A stretch of 29,914 bases of DNA, taken from positions 1-29,914 of IMG/VR virus record IMGVR_UViG_3300025723_000129. The stretch is one strand, 5' to 3'. This document shows, piece by piece, positions 1-6,767 of this stretch. Each line of letters starts with the position of its first letter. The stretch's first letter is position 1. The notes under the pieces are model-generated. The model saw only the letters and a program-made list of their open reading frames with translations, had not been told where the DNA came from and made no database searches. Source of the stretch: a virus. Taxonomy: Duplodnaviria; Caudoviricetes. Position numbers and translations under genes: made by a program.

Positions 1-2
1 GC

Positions 3-41
3 TATAATACTAACATCAACAGCAAATAAGGAGCGAACCTA
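3..41 (+). promoter_or_regulatory. Early promoter/leader cassette 1 (-35 outside window)
   Basis: TATAAT at 3-8; ACATCAACAGCAAATAAGGAGCGAA at 13-37, identical to 644-668; ATG at 42. Confidence 0.85.
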
Positions 42-377
42 ATGAAGCTACATATCCAAACCCAATACATGGAAAACTACGGTGCCCACGATTGGGACGG
101 TCTAGGTGAGTGCCCCCAGCGTTGGAAGTTCAAAGGTGGTGAAGATTACTTCTATCAGCTAGGCGCTGTGACTCCTAGCGATGAGCACCTTGCTGAGTTG
201 GTAGAAGTCCTGCGTGGTCGCTTTGAATACGATCACGAAGGTGCCCGTAATTACATGACGGGTTATGGTGTAGTGGCAGATGACTTCATGACTGAGTTTG
301 AACGCTCACAGCTGGAGTATGATGGAGCCATTGCCTACCCTGCTGTGATGTTACAACCTTTAGAGGAGATGGTATGA
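42..377 (+). CDS. Conserved phage hypothetical protein (early)
   Basis: 111-aa ORF directly behind the cassette; TQYMENYGAHDWDG..ECPQxWKFKGG motif recalled from T4-like phage hypothetical proteins. Confidence 0.85.
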   Translation: MKLHIQTQYMENYGAHDWDGLGECPQRWKFKGGEDYFYQLGAVTPSDEHLAELVEVLRGRFEYDHEGARNYMTGYGVVADDFMTEFERSQLEYDGAIAYPAVMLQPLEEMV

Positions 378-607
378 TTACAATTGAAGATCCTAGATCA
401 AGATATGATCAAAGACATGGCGGACCCTTTGACCGTGGATCAGCAGACTCGTGGTACAGCCGTCCATTCAATCCTCACTTCTACAAGGGTGGAACCTATG
501 AAGGTCCCCGTGTGGAATTGGCGGATATGACAGCTGAAGAGATCGTGGCCTATACCGCAGGCTATCACTGGAATGAGAAGTTCGGCGGGAAGAAAGATTG
601 GGATTAA
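374..607 (+). CDS. Conserved phage hypothetical protein (early)
   Basis: 77 aa; ordinary GAGGAG SD and ATGA overlap with upstream gene; HGGPFDRGSADSWY motif. Confidence 0.85.
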   Translation: MITIEDPRSRYDQRHGGPFDRGSADSWYSRPFNPHFYKGGTYEGPRVELADMTAEEIVAYTAGYHWNEKFGGKKDWD

Positions 608-610
608 TGG

Positions 611-672
611 TTGACAATTTGGGCAAGGCCCTGTATAATAAACACATCAACAGCAAATAAGGAGCGAAACTT
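611..672 (+). promoter_or_regulatory. Early promoter/leader cassette 2
   Basis: TTGACA 611-616, 17-bp spacer, TATAAT 634-639, GGAGCGAA 661-668. Confidence 0.92.
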
Positions 673-888
673 ATGAAAACAGCAACCCAACTCAAAGACA
701 TGCAGGGCAACATCCTCCAGGTAGGCGATCGTGTAGCCATGCATTCCTATCACAACCTAGGCCTAGCCATTGGCATTGTAGAGAAGCTGGGCCGTATTCG
801 TGCCCAAGTCCGTCCCGTACAGACTCGCTTCACAAAGACAGATCCCACTGTAGAGAGCATTGGCGCTGATGATTTAATTAAACTCTAA
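673..888 (+). CDS. Small hypothetical protein, possible SH3/KOW-like beta barrel
   Basis: 71 aa behind cassette 2; KDMQGNILQVGDRV pattern typical of small phage beta-barrel proteins (inference). Confidence 0.8.
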   Translation: MKTATQLKDMQGNILQVGDRVAMHSYHNLGLAIGIVEKLGRIRAQVRPVQTRFTKTDPTVESIGADDLIKL

Positions 889-890
889 GG

Positions 891-952
891 TTGACATACC
901 GCCCAAAAGGCGGTATAATACTTACATCAACAACGAACTTGGAGCGAAAACT
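891..952 (+). promoter_or_regulatory. Early promoter/leader cassette 3 with palindromic spacer
   Basis: TTGACA 891-896, N17, TATAAT 914-919; inverted repeat ATACCGCC 896-903 / GGCGGTAT 909-916; GGAGCGAA 941-948. Confidence 0.92.
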
Positions 953-1672
953 ATGTTCAAACTATTATCTACAGCGAATCCCAAAATCCAAAAGGGCACC
1001 AAGCTCGGCTATTTGTCATTCATCCTACACCTTGCGCCTGCTACATTGTCCGGCCGAGAGACTTGCCCAAAGCGCACCGCAGGATGCACGGCCGCTTGCC
1101 TTAATACAGCAGGCAGAGGCGGTATGTTCAAAAAAGGTGAGACAACGAACATGATTCAGCAGGCTCGTATCCGTAAGACCAAATACTTCTTCGAAGCTAG
1201 AGATTACTTTATGGCTGACCTCAAGGCAGACATTGAGAAGGGTATCAAAATGGCTGAGAAGCTAGGACTGACTCCTGTATTCCGCCTCAATGGTACTAGT
1301 GACTTGGCGTTTGAAAAGTACACTATCAATGAGAACAACCTCTTTGAATTGTTCCCTGACGTACAGTTCTACGACTACACTAAGGTCCTAGGCCGTAAGG
1401 TGTCAAAGTACAAGAATTATCACTTAACATTCAGCGCCGCTGATGGCAACGATGCTGACGTGGCAGAAGCTATCAAGCAGGGCATGAACGTGGCAATGGT
1501 GTTCGACAAGCTCCCAGAGAGCTATATGGGCCGTGAGGTTATTAATGCTGACGAGCACGATTTGCGCTTCTTAGACAAGCAGGGCGTGATTGCTGGGCTT
1601 AAGGCTAAGGGCAAGGGCAAGAAAGATACTACAGGATTTGTACGCCGCGTGGTTGACATTCAGGCAGTTTGA
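953..1672 (+). CDS. Gp88-like protein (Cys-motif, radical-SAM-related phage family)
   Basis: 239 aa; CPKRTAGCTAAC (CX6CX3C), RLNGTSD, FYDYTK and DLRFLD motifs recalled from the phage 'gene product 88' family. Confidence 0.75.
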   Translation: MFKLLSTANPKIQKGTKLGYLSFILHLAPATLSGRETCPKRTAGCTAACLNTAGRGGMFKKGETTNMIQQARIRKTKYFFEARDYFMADLKADIEKGIKMAEKLGLTPVFRLNGTSDLAFEKYTINENNLFELFPDVQFYDYTKVLGRKVSKYKNYHLTFSAADGNDADVAEAIKQGMNVAMVFDKLPESYMGREVINADEHDLRFLDKQGVIAGLKAKGKGKKDTTGFVRRVVDIQAV

Positions 1673-1709
1673 GACTATAATACTACATCAACAGCAAAAA
1701 GGAGCGACT
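1653..1709 (+). promoter_or_regulatory. Early promoter/leader cassette 4
   Basis: TTGACA 1653-1658 (inside the end of the upstream CDS), N17, TATAAT 1676-1681, ACATCAACAGCAAA leader, GGAGCGA 1701-1707. Confidence 0.9.
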
Positions 1710-1811
1710 ATGTTACAAAATCTTATCGATGCTTTCATGTTCACAGCGCCTCTATGGATCCTGCTTTTAGCTATGCTAATGGCAATCATAGCGGTTGACG
1801 GAATGAACTAA
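1710..1811 (+). CDS. 33-aa single-TM membrane peptide (start re-assigned from 1590)
   Basis: In-frame ATG at 1710 follows cassette 4; MLQNLIDAFMFTAPLWILLLAMLMAIIAVDGMN is strongly hydrophobic. Confidence 0.7.
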   Translation: MLQNLIDAFMFTAPLWILLLAMLMAIIAVDGMN

Positions 1812-1857
1812 AGACAGTATAATAAACACTTCAACAACGAAACACAGGAGCGAAACT
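1795..1857 (+). promoter_or_regulatory. Early promoter/leader cassette 5
   Basis: TTGACG 1795-1800, N17, TATAAT 1818-1823, ACTTCAACAACGAA leader, GGAGCGAA 1847-1854. Confidence 0.9.
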
Positions 1858-2181
1858 ATGTTAGTAACAGCAGAGCAAATCAAACAAGGTCTTCCATTAG
1901 CAGAACAAGCAGGCTTGGCAATGTACGCTAAGGTTGGCGAGCGTGACGCTTGCGGTTTTGGTTGGGTTGATGTCTTTGTAGAGCGTACCAACAGCTCACA
2001 GGCCAAAGAGCTTATCAAGGCAGGCTTTTCCAAAAGCTATCGTCCAAAGACACTTACACTCTGGGATCCAGCTAAGATTCCTACACAGAGCATCAGTGTT
2101 AAGGAAGCAGGTGCTGAGGCTTTGGCTACATATCTGTCAGCATTGGGCTTAAAGGCCTACGCTGGCAGTAGAATGGACTAA
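1858..2181 (+). CDS. Conserved phage hypothetical protein (CGFxWV motif)
   Basis: 107 aa behind cassette 5; DACGFGWVDV, QSISVKEAGA and C-terminal SRMD motifs. Confidence 0.85.
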   Translation: MLVTAEQIKQGLPLAEQAGLAMYAKVGERDACGFGWVDVFVERTNSSQAKELIKAGFSKSYRPKTLTLWDPAKIPTQSISVKEAGAEALATYLSALGLKAYAGSRMD

Positions 2182-2191
2182 TCCAAAACAC

Positions 2192-2252
2192 GTGACACAC
2201 CCTCAGGGGTGTGTTATAATTAATACTTGAACAATATACAAGGAGCGTATAG
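2192..2252 (+). promoter_or_regulatory. Early promoter/leader cassette 6 with palindromic spacer
   Basis: GTGACA 2192-2197, N17, TATAAT 2215-2220; inverted repeat ACACACCC 2195-2202 / GGGTGTGT 2207-2214; GGAGCG 2242-2247. Confidence 0.85.
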
Positions 2253-3155
2253 ATGGCAACAGTCGTAACGAGCAAGATGCTAGCGGCATTGGCTAAGCCC
2301 GCAAAGGCAGAGACTACTAGTTTGGAAGTGGACCAAGCATTCCTCAAACAGAAGGAACAGGCATTGGCTTTGGAAACAGACGAATCAATTCTAGATCGTT
2401 TGCGTGATCGCTTTGAGATTTTGGATGACATGACACGTGCCGTAAAAGGCGGCAAGGTTAAGGCTATGATTGTAACAGGCCCTCCAGGAGTTGGTAAGAG
2501 CTTTGGTGTAGAGAAAGTACTGAGCAAGCATGATGTGTTCGCCAACGTTGCCAATGATGAGAAGCTGAAGAAGTATGAAGTAGTCAAAGGCGCTATGTCA
2601 GCGATTGGACTCTACTCTAAACTGTACCATTTCAAAGACAAGAAGAACGTACTAGTGTTTGATGACTGTGACAGTATCTTGTTGGATGACTTGAGCTTGA
2701 ACATTCTAAAGGCAGCATTAGACAGTTCAAAGAAGCGTACTATCCATTGGAATACTGATAGCCATTTGCTACGTCGTGAAGGCGTACCAGATAGCTTTGA
2801 GTTCCAGGGCGGTGCTATCTTCATTACCAATATCAAGTTCGATCACGTTAAGAGCAAGAAGCTTAGAGATCACTTGGAAGCATTGGAGAGCCGTTGCCAC
2901 TACTTGGACCTTACCATTGATACTACACGTGAGAAGCTGTTACGTATCCAGCAGGTAGTTACTGACTGTGGTATGCTTGATGAGTATGACTTGGACGATG
3001 CTACCAAGCTACAGGTAGTAGACTATGTACGTGCTAACACTGATCGTGTACGTGAGCTGAGCTTGCGCACAGTACTTAAGATAGCAGACTTGGCTGCCAG
3101 CTTCCCAGCTAAGTGGATGAGCGTAGCTGACATGACTGTTATGCGTAGAGCATAG
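2253..3155 (+). CDS. AAA+ family ATPase
   Basis: Walker A GPPGVGKS, Walker B VLVFDDCD, sensor-1 IFITN, Arg finger ALESRC. Confidence 0.88.
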   Translation: MATVVTSKMLAALAKPAKAETTSLEVDQAFLKQKEQALALETDESILDRLRDRFEILDDMTRAVKGGKVKAMIVTGPPGVGKSFGVEKVLSKHDVFANVANDEKLKKYEVVKGAMSAIGLYSKLYHFKDKKNVLVFDDCDSILLDDLSLNILKAALDSSKKRTIHWNTDSHLLRREGVPDSFEFQGGAIFITNIKFDHVKSKKLRDHLEALESRCHYLDLTIDTTREKLLRIQQVVTDCGMLDEYDLDDATKLQVVDYVRANTDRVRELSLRTVLKIADLAASFPAKWMSVADMTVMRRA

Positions 3156-3166
3156 CCGAGCTTTAA

Positions 3167-3313
3167 GGGCACATGATAGTGCCCACGTAGACTGCCCAAC
3201 GATTCGCTCCCGGCAAGTAGTCTACACTCAAAAGCCAAGTCTTACACGGCACGGCTTTTGGTATCCCTAGTCCGTAAGCCCGATTCGCTCCCGGCAGACT
3301 AGGGATTTTTTTT
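3167..3313 (+). ncRNA. Candidate structured RNA (3' UTR-derived) with two loop-displayed anti-RBS sequences
   Basis: Four consecutive stems: 3167-3172/3179-3184, 3187-3195/3217-3225, 3229-3236/3253-3260, 3263-3272/3297-3306; CGATTCGCTCCCGGCA at 3200-3215 and 3281-3296 within loops 2 and 4; ends in T8. Confidence 0.7.
3263..3313 (+). terminator. Intrinsic terminator-like hairpin closing the early region
   Basis: 10-bp stem ATCCCTAGTC/GACTAGGGAT with T run at 3306-3313; unusually large loop. Confidence 0.75.
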
Positions 3314-3640
3314 GATTTCGAAACCGACCGGGGCATATAAAATAAAAAAAGAATTTGATCACCGACCGGCATATACACGCACAAAGTTAGTAACTGCTAA
3401 CTAGCGCATGGGTACCGAAGTATTTTCACCCCCGAAAATCTATAAGTACTTCTTTTAAAATTTTCGCAGTCAATCTAAATGGGGTCGCAAGAACCCATTT
3501 GTACTGAATTTGTTCGGTCCAAAACCATTCCCCCATTCTACGTAAGTACTGGTCAAATTTTTTTTGCGCAGAAAAAATTTCGATCCTGTAGACCCATTCA
3601 TAAACACTTGCGGTGTTTATGCTTGCGGCTATATACTAGT
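3314..3640. other. Motif-rich non-coding region; candidate replication origin or packaging/terminus site
   Basis: ACCGACCGG x2, TAAGTACT x2, CCCATT x3, A/T tracts, 26-bp near-perfect palindrome at 3555-3580; function is inferred only. Confidence 0.4.
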
Positions 3641-3847
3641 ATGAAACTACCAGTACACCTTGTTACTAGCTTAGTTAATAGTGCTTGTGTAACTATACTT
3701 ACTAGCCTAGCTATGACCAGTATTAACTCAACACTTACTGTTCAACACTGGTTGCCCAATTGGCTTGTCAGCTGGTTTATAGTGTTTAACTTTGTCTACT
3801 GGCTAGCACCGTTAATTGCTCAAAGGATACAAAACCATTATGAATGA
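3641..3847 (+). CDS. Small two-TM membrane protein, DUF2798-like (start re-assigned from 3479)
   Basis: 68 aa from ATG 3641; two hydrophobic helices and W..NW..SW spacing; preceded by TATATA-CTAGT-ATG, like TAAATA-CTAGT-ATG at 8205. Confidence 0.65.
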   Translation: MKLPVHLVTSLVNSACVTILTSLAMTSINSTLTVQHWLPNWLVSWFIVFNFVYWLAPLIAQRIQNHYE

Positions 3848-4076
3848 TCTATACAATATAAGCATTACACACCCAACTAACGGACATGAGTATCGTTACG
3901 ATCCGGACTACGATGTCTTTTACCGTATACACGAGTATGATAGTGCTAATAGCGAATTTACCGAGAAATACGGGTGGATCATATGGTGTTTGATCTTGCT
4001 TGCCATCGGATTCTTTATATGTGTACAAGTGGATCCAGAACTCAAGGCTTATTTACAGTCATTGCCTAAAGTTTAA
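3840..4076 (+). CDS. Small membrane protein
   Basis: In-frame ATG 3840 overlaps the end of the upstream gene; YRYDPDYDVFYR motif plus one TM helix. Confidence 0.7.
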   Translation: MNDLYNISITHPTNGHEYRYDPDYDVFYRIHEYDSANSEFTEKYGWIIWCLILLAIGFFICVQVDPELKAYLQSLPKV

Positions 4077-4265
4077 CTATAGTATCAAGTCTTCACTATG
4101 TATATGGCGCATAGTAGGATCTACGATTAATGCCCATGTGAGCTTGTGTTCTAGTATGTAAAAGCGTACAACACCACCGGGTCTTGAGCTTATATACTCA
4201 CTCAATAGCCATAGCTGTTCTTTAACGTCAGCTTCAGCGGTGCTTTCATAACATCTTATATACAT
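4077..4265 (-). CDS. Hypothetical protein
   Basis: 62 aa; stop abuts the stop of the convergent gene; TAAGTA 7 nt upstream of the ATG. Confidence 0.65.
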   Translation of the reverse strand: MYIRCYESTAEADVKEQLWLLSEYISSRPGGVVRFYILEHKLTWALIVDPTMRHIHSEDLIL

Positions 4266-4282
4266 AGTATAATACTTATTAT

Positions 4283-4507
4283 ATGAACACTCATTTACTC
4301 TTACCCAAGTTAATAGCGGCTATCTTGTCGTTACTAGACTCTGTCAACTTGCGCAATAGAGTATATGAACAGTCGGCTAGAATTGAGCAACTTGAACTAG
4401 CCATAGAGGATATTGAGCGCATAAGTGCATCAAGGGTGGATTCCAGTGAGCGGCACAAGTTAATTAAGGGTATATGTGATAACACTAAGAGGTACGATAC
4501 GCAGTAA
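4283..4507 (+). CDS. Hypothetical protein with coiled coil
   Basis: 74 aa; heptad pattern RIEQLELAIEDIERI; TATAAT at 4268-4273. Confidence 0.65.
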   Translation: MNTHLLLPKLIAAILSLLDSVNLRNRVYEQSARIEQLELAIEDIERISASRVDSSERHKLIKGICDNTKRYDTQ

Positions 4508-4608
4508 CGCTAGTTCGCGTTTTACCGCTTTTCGCTTCGCGAATATGAAAATTTTTCCGCTGTGCTTCGCAACTAAAAATTTGGCGCTGCCTCCGGCTCG
4601 ATAAGTAT

Positions 4609-5226
4609 ATGATGATCCACGATCCTGTACACTTAGATAATAGACAACGAGAATTTATACAACAACAAGTTCTGGGCAATTATTTTCCATGGTTTAGAAC
4701 ACGCCAACACACTGACCGTCAAGCACATGATCCCAAAATTACAGGCTTGTTTCCTAGCATAGACCCTACTAGGCCTACCGAAATGCCCGGTCTAGGCTTG
4801 GTAGCAGACATGCCCATATGGACACATCAACTAATGACTAGGAGCAGTGGCGCAGAGTCTACAGGCCAAATAGTCAGCGAATACTATGAATTCTTTGCTG
4901 ATATATTTTATTCATGGCTAGCCGAACACAACATTACCTGCGACTATGTATACAGAGCCAGTTTGAATTGTAGTCATCCTTCAGAATATGACTACAGTAT
5001 GCCTCACTTGGATCACTCATGGCCGCACTCAAATTGGATCATGTATTTGAATACAGTTGAAGACGCTCCTACAGCACTATTTGACGACAGCTTTAATTTA
5101 ACTGGTTTCGTGCCCTGCGAGGAATTTACAGCAGTCAGTTTTCCTGGACAGTATCACACCAATAAGTATAGTCATAGCATGCAGCAAAGATTTGTCTGTG
5201 TGTTTACTTTTGGTTCTAAAATATAA
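4609..5226 (+). CDS. 2OG-Fe(II) oxygenase-family protein
   Basis: PHLDH (HxD), IMYLN strand, distal His (QYHT), C-terminal RFVCVF; true start may be 4612. Confidence 0.8.
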   Translation: MMIHDPVHLDNRQREFIQQQVLGNYFPWFRTRQHTDRQAHDPKITGLFPSIDPTRPTEMPGLGLVADMPIWTHQLMTRSSGAESTGQIVSEYYEFFADIFYSWLAEHNITCDYVYRASLNCSHPSEYDYSMPHLDHSWPHSNWIMYLNTVEDAPTALFDDSFNLTGFVPCEEFTAVSFPGQYHTNKYSHSMQQRFVCVFTFGSKI

Positions 5227-5271
5227 ACTACCCAGTTAACACCCGATAAATATTTCCAACAGGAGAATACT

Positions 5272-5562
5272 ATGAGTATACTATCACGCCTACACCAAAT
5301 TATTGAACAAGACGTTGCCCGACTGTTTAGCACTGCCAAGAAAGCTAGTATCTTAGCTGGGCAAGAAGTTGAACAGTTAAAAGCTGAATTAGAAGCGGCT
5401 AATCAAAAGGCCATCGTGGCCGCTACAGAAGCTCGCCAACACGCAGAAGCTGCCGCCGAACGTGCTCGTGCTGCAGTTCGTGAATTGGAAATCGAAGCTA
5501 AGAGTGCTAGTGAACGTATAGCATTTCATCAAGCACAAGTAGAACGCAAAGATCCGCAATAA
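5272..5562 (+). CDS. Coiled-coil hypothetical protein
   Basis: 96 aa, Ala/Glu-rich helix; AGGAGA SD and upstream GATAAATA late-promoter-like motif. Confidence 0.8.
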   Translation: MSILSRLHQIIEQDVARLFSTAKKASILAGQEVEQLKAELEAANQKAIVAATEARQHAEAAAERARAAVRELEIEAKSASERIAFHQAQVERKDPQ

Positions 5563-6182
5563 TGCCCAGTTCAACTCTTATACCTTTAAATGCCATACCG
5601 GTATGGGTAGTTGAGGATTGTAGACTGCTTACTGAACTTGAGATGGAGCATCTACTAGACTTGGACTATAGGATGAACACATCGGGTGGGCGTAATTTAA
5701 TCACGGATAATAGACAAATACTGGACTTACCGCAGTTTGCTGATTTTAGAAAAGTTTGTCAGGACTACTTGGACGCTTATACTGGACAAGTGCTAAACAT
5801 AACCAACCCATTTAAGATTACCGATTCGTGGAGTACTCGCAATCCTAAGAACACCATACACCCTGCTCATACACATGGTAATAGTATATTCAGCGGAGTT
5901 TACTACGCACAAATACAAAGTGGCGCATTAGAGTTTTTGTTTGAACGTCAGTTTAGTAAGGATTTCAATTTTAAATATAACTTTAGCAAGTTTGATGTGG
6001 TTAATAGCAGTAGTTACTATTTAGAATGCAAGCCCGGAATGATGGTCCTATTCCCTAGCTGGGTTGAACACTTGGTAAGACCCAATGAACACGATCAGGA
6101 AAGAATCATCATAGGCTTTAACAGTTTTGTCCAGGGTAAACTGGGCGGCGATACAGAGATAGATAACATTACAATATGCTAG
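5562..6182 (+). CDS. 2OG-Fe(II) oxygenase, TIGR02466-like
   Basis: SW..HPAHTH..SGVYY..GMMVLFPSWVEHLV..RIIIGFN motif set. Confidence 0.88.
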   Translation: MPSSTLIPLNAIPVWVVEDCRLLTELEMEHLLDLDYRMNTSGGRNLITDNRQILDLPQFADFRKVCQDYLDAYTGQVLNITNPFKITDSWSTRNPKNTIHPAHTHGNSIFSGVYYAQIQSGALEFLFERQFSKDFNFKYNFSKFDVVNSSSYYLECKPGMMVLFPSWVEHLVRPNEHDQERIIIGFNSFVQGKLGGDTEIDNITIC

Positions 6183-6766
6183 TACAAGCACCGGTTAACT
6201 TAACTCCTGCTCAACAGGACTTTATTGAAACAAAGATCATGAGTGATTTGTTTCCATGGTACCGTACTGACTATCAACTGTTTGATAGTGTAGTAGCAGA
6301 AGACCACGGCCTGCCCCTTATACAAACTCCTATTGACCCACCGGGCACGGCAAAAGACCTACCCTTAATGACTCATATGCTGGTAAAAACACCCCCGGAG
6401 GAACACGAGGATGGAAGGATCAATAGCCCCAACTGGCAATTTTTTCAGGGCATATTTGACCAGTGGATGTATGAGCAAAACTTACCCTATAAACGAATTT
6501 ACCGGGCATCGCTTAATACTGTATTCCCCAGCCATGCGGACTATGGATTACCTCATGTAGATCATCATTGGCCCCATAACAACTGGATCATGTATTTGAA
6601 CACAGTACCCGACGCTCCTACTGTATTAATGGACAACAATTATCGTATACACACTGAAATTGCCTGCGAACGATATACTGCCGCAACGTTTAGTCAACAA
6701 CTACATACTCACAGATATAGTCAGGGACAACACGCTAGAATTATTGTAATTATCACTTGGATTTAA
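6176..6766 (+). CDS. 2OG-Fe(II) oxygenase-family protein (paralog of 4609 and 6768)
   Basis: FPWY, PHVDH, NWIMYLNT, distal His, RIIVI. Confidence 0.8.
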   Translation: MLVQAPVNLTPAQQDFIETKIMSDLFPWYRTDYQLFDSVVAEDHGLPLIQTPIDPPGTAKDLPLMTHMLVKTPPEEHEDGRINSPNWQFFQGIFDQWMYEQNLPYKRIYRASLNTVFPSHADYGLPHVDHHWPHNNWIMYLNTVPDAPTVLMDNNYRIHTEIACERYTAATFSQQLHTHRYSQGQHARIIVIITWI

Positions 6767-6767
6767 C

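Noticed and set aside
891-1154. ORF 891-1154 and the 1590-1709 extension
   Set aside because: 891 starts on the TTG of a -35 box; both overlap a well-supported gene out of frame
3200-3296. Two identical 16-mers as a mini-CRISPR array
   Set aside because: Only two copies, shorter than CRISPR repeats, 65-nt structured spacer, no cas genes; better explained as loop motifs
3167-3313. tRNA or tmRNA-like element
   Set aside because: No acceptor stem, T-loop GTTCRA or CCA; the hairpins are serial, not a cloverleaf
3479-3640. 5' extension of ORF 3479-3847
   Set aside because: Runs through A/T tracts and palindromes, no RBS; ATG 3641 has a promoter-like context and gives a coherent membrane protein
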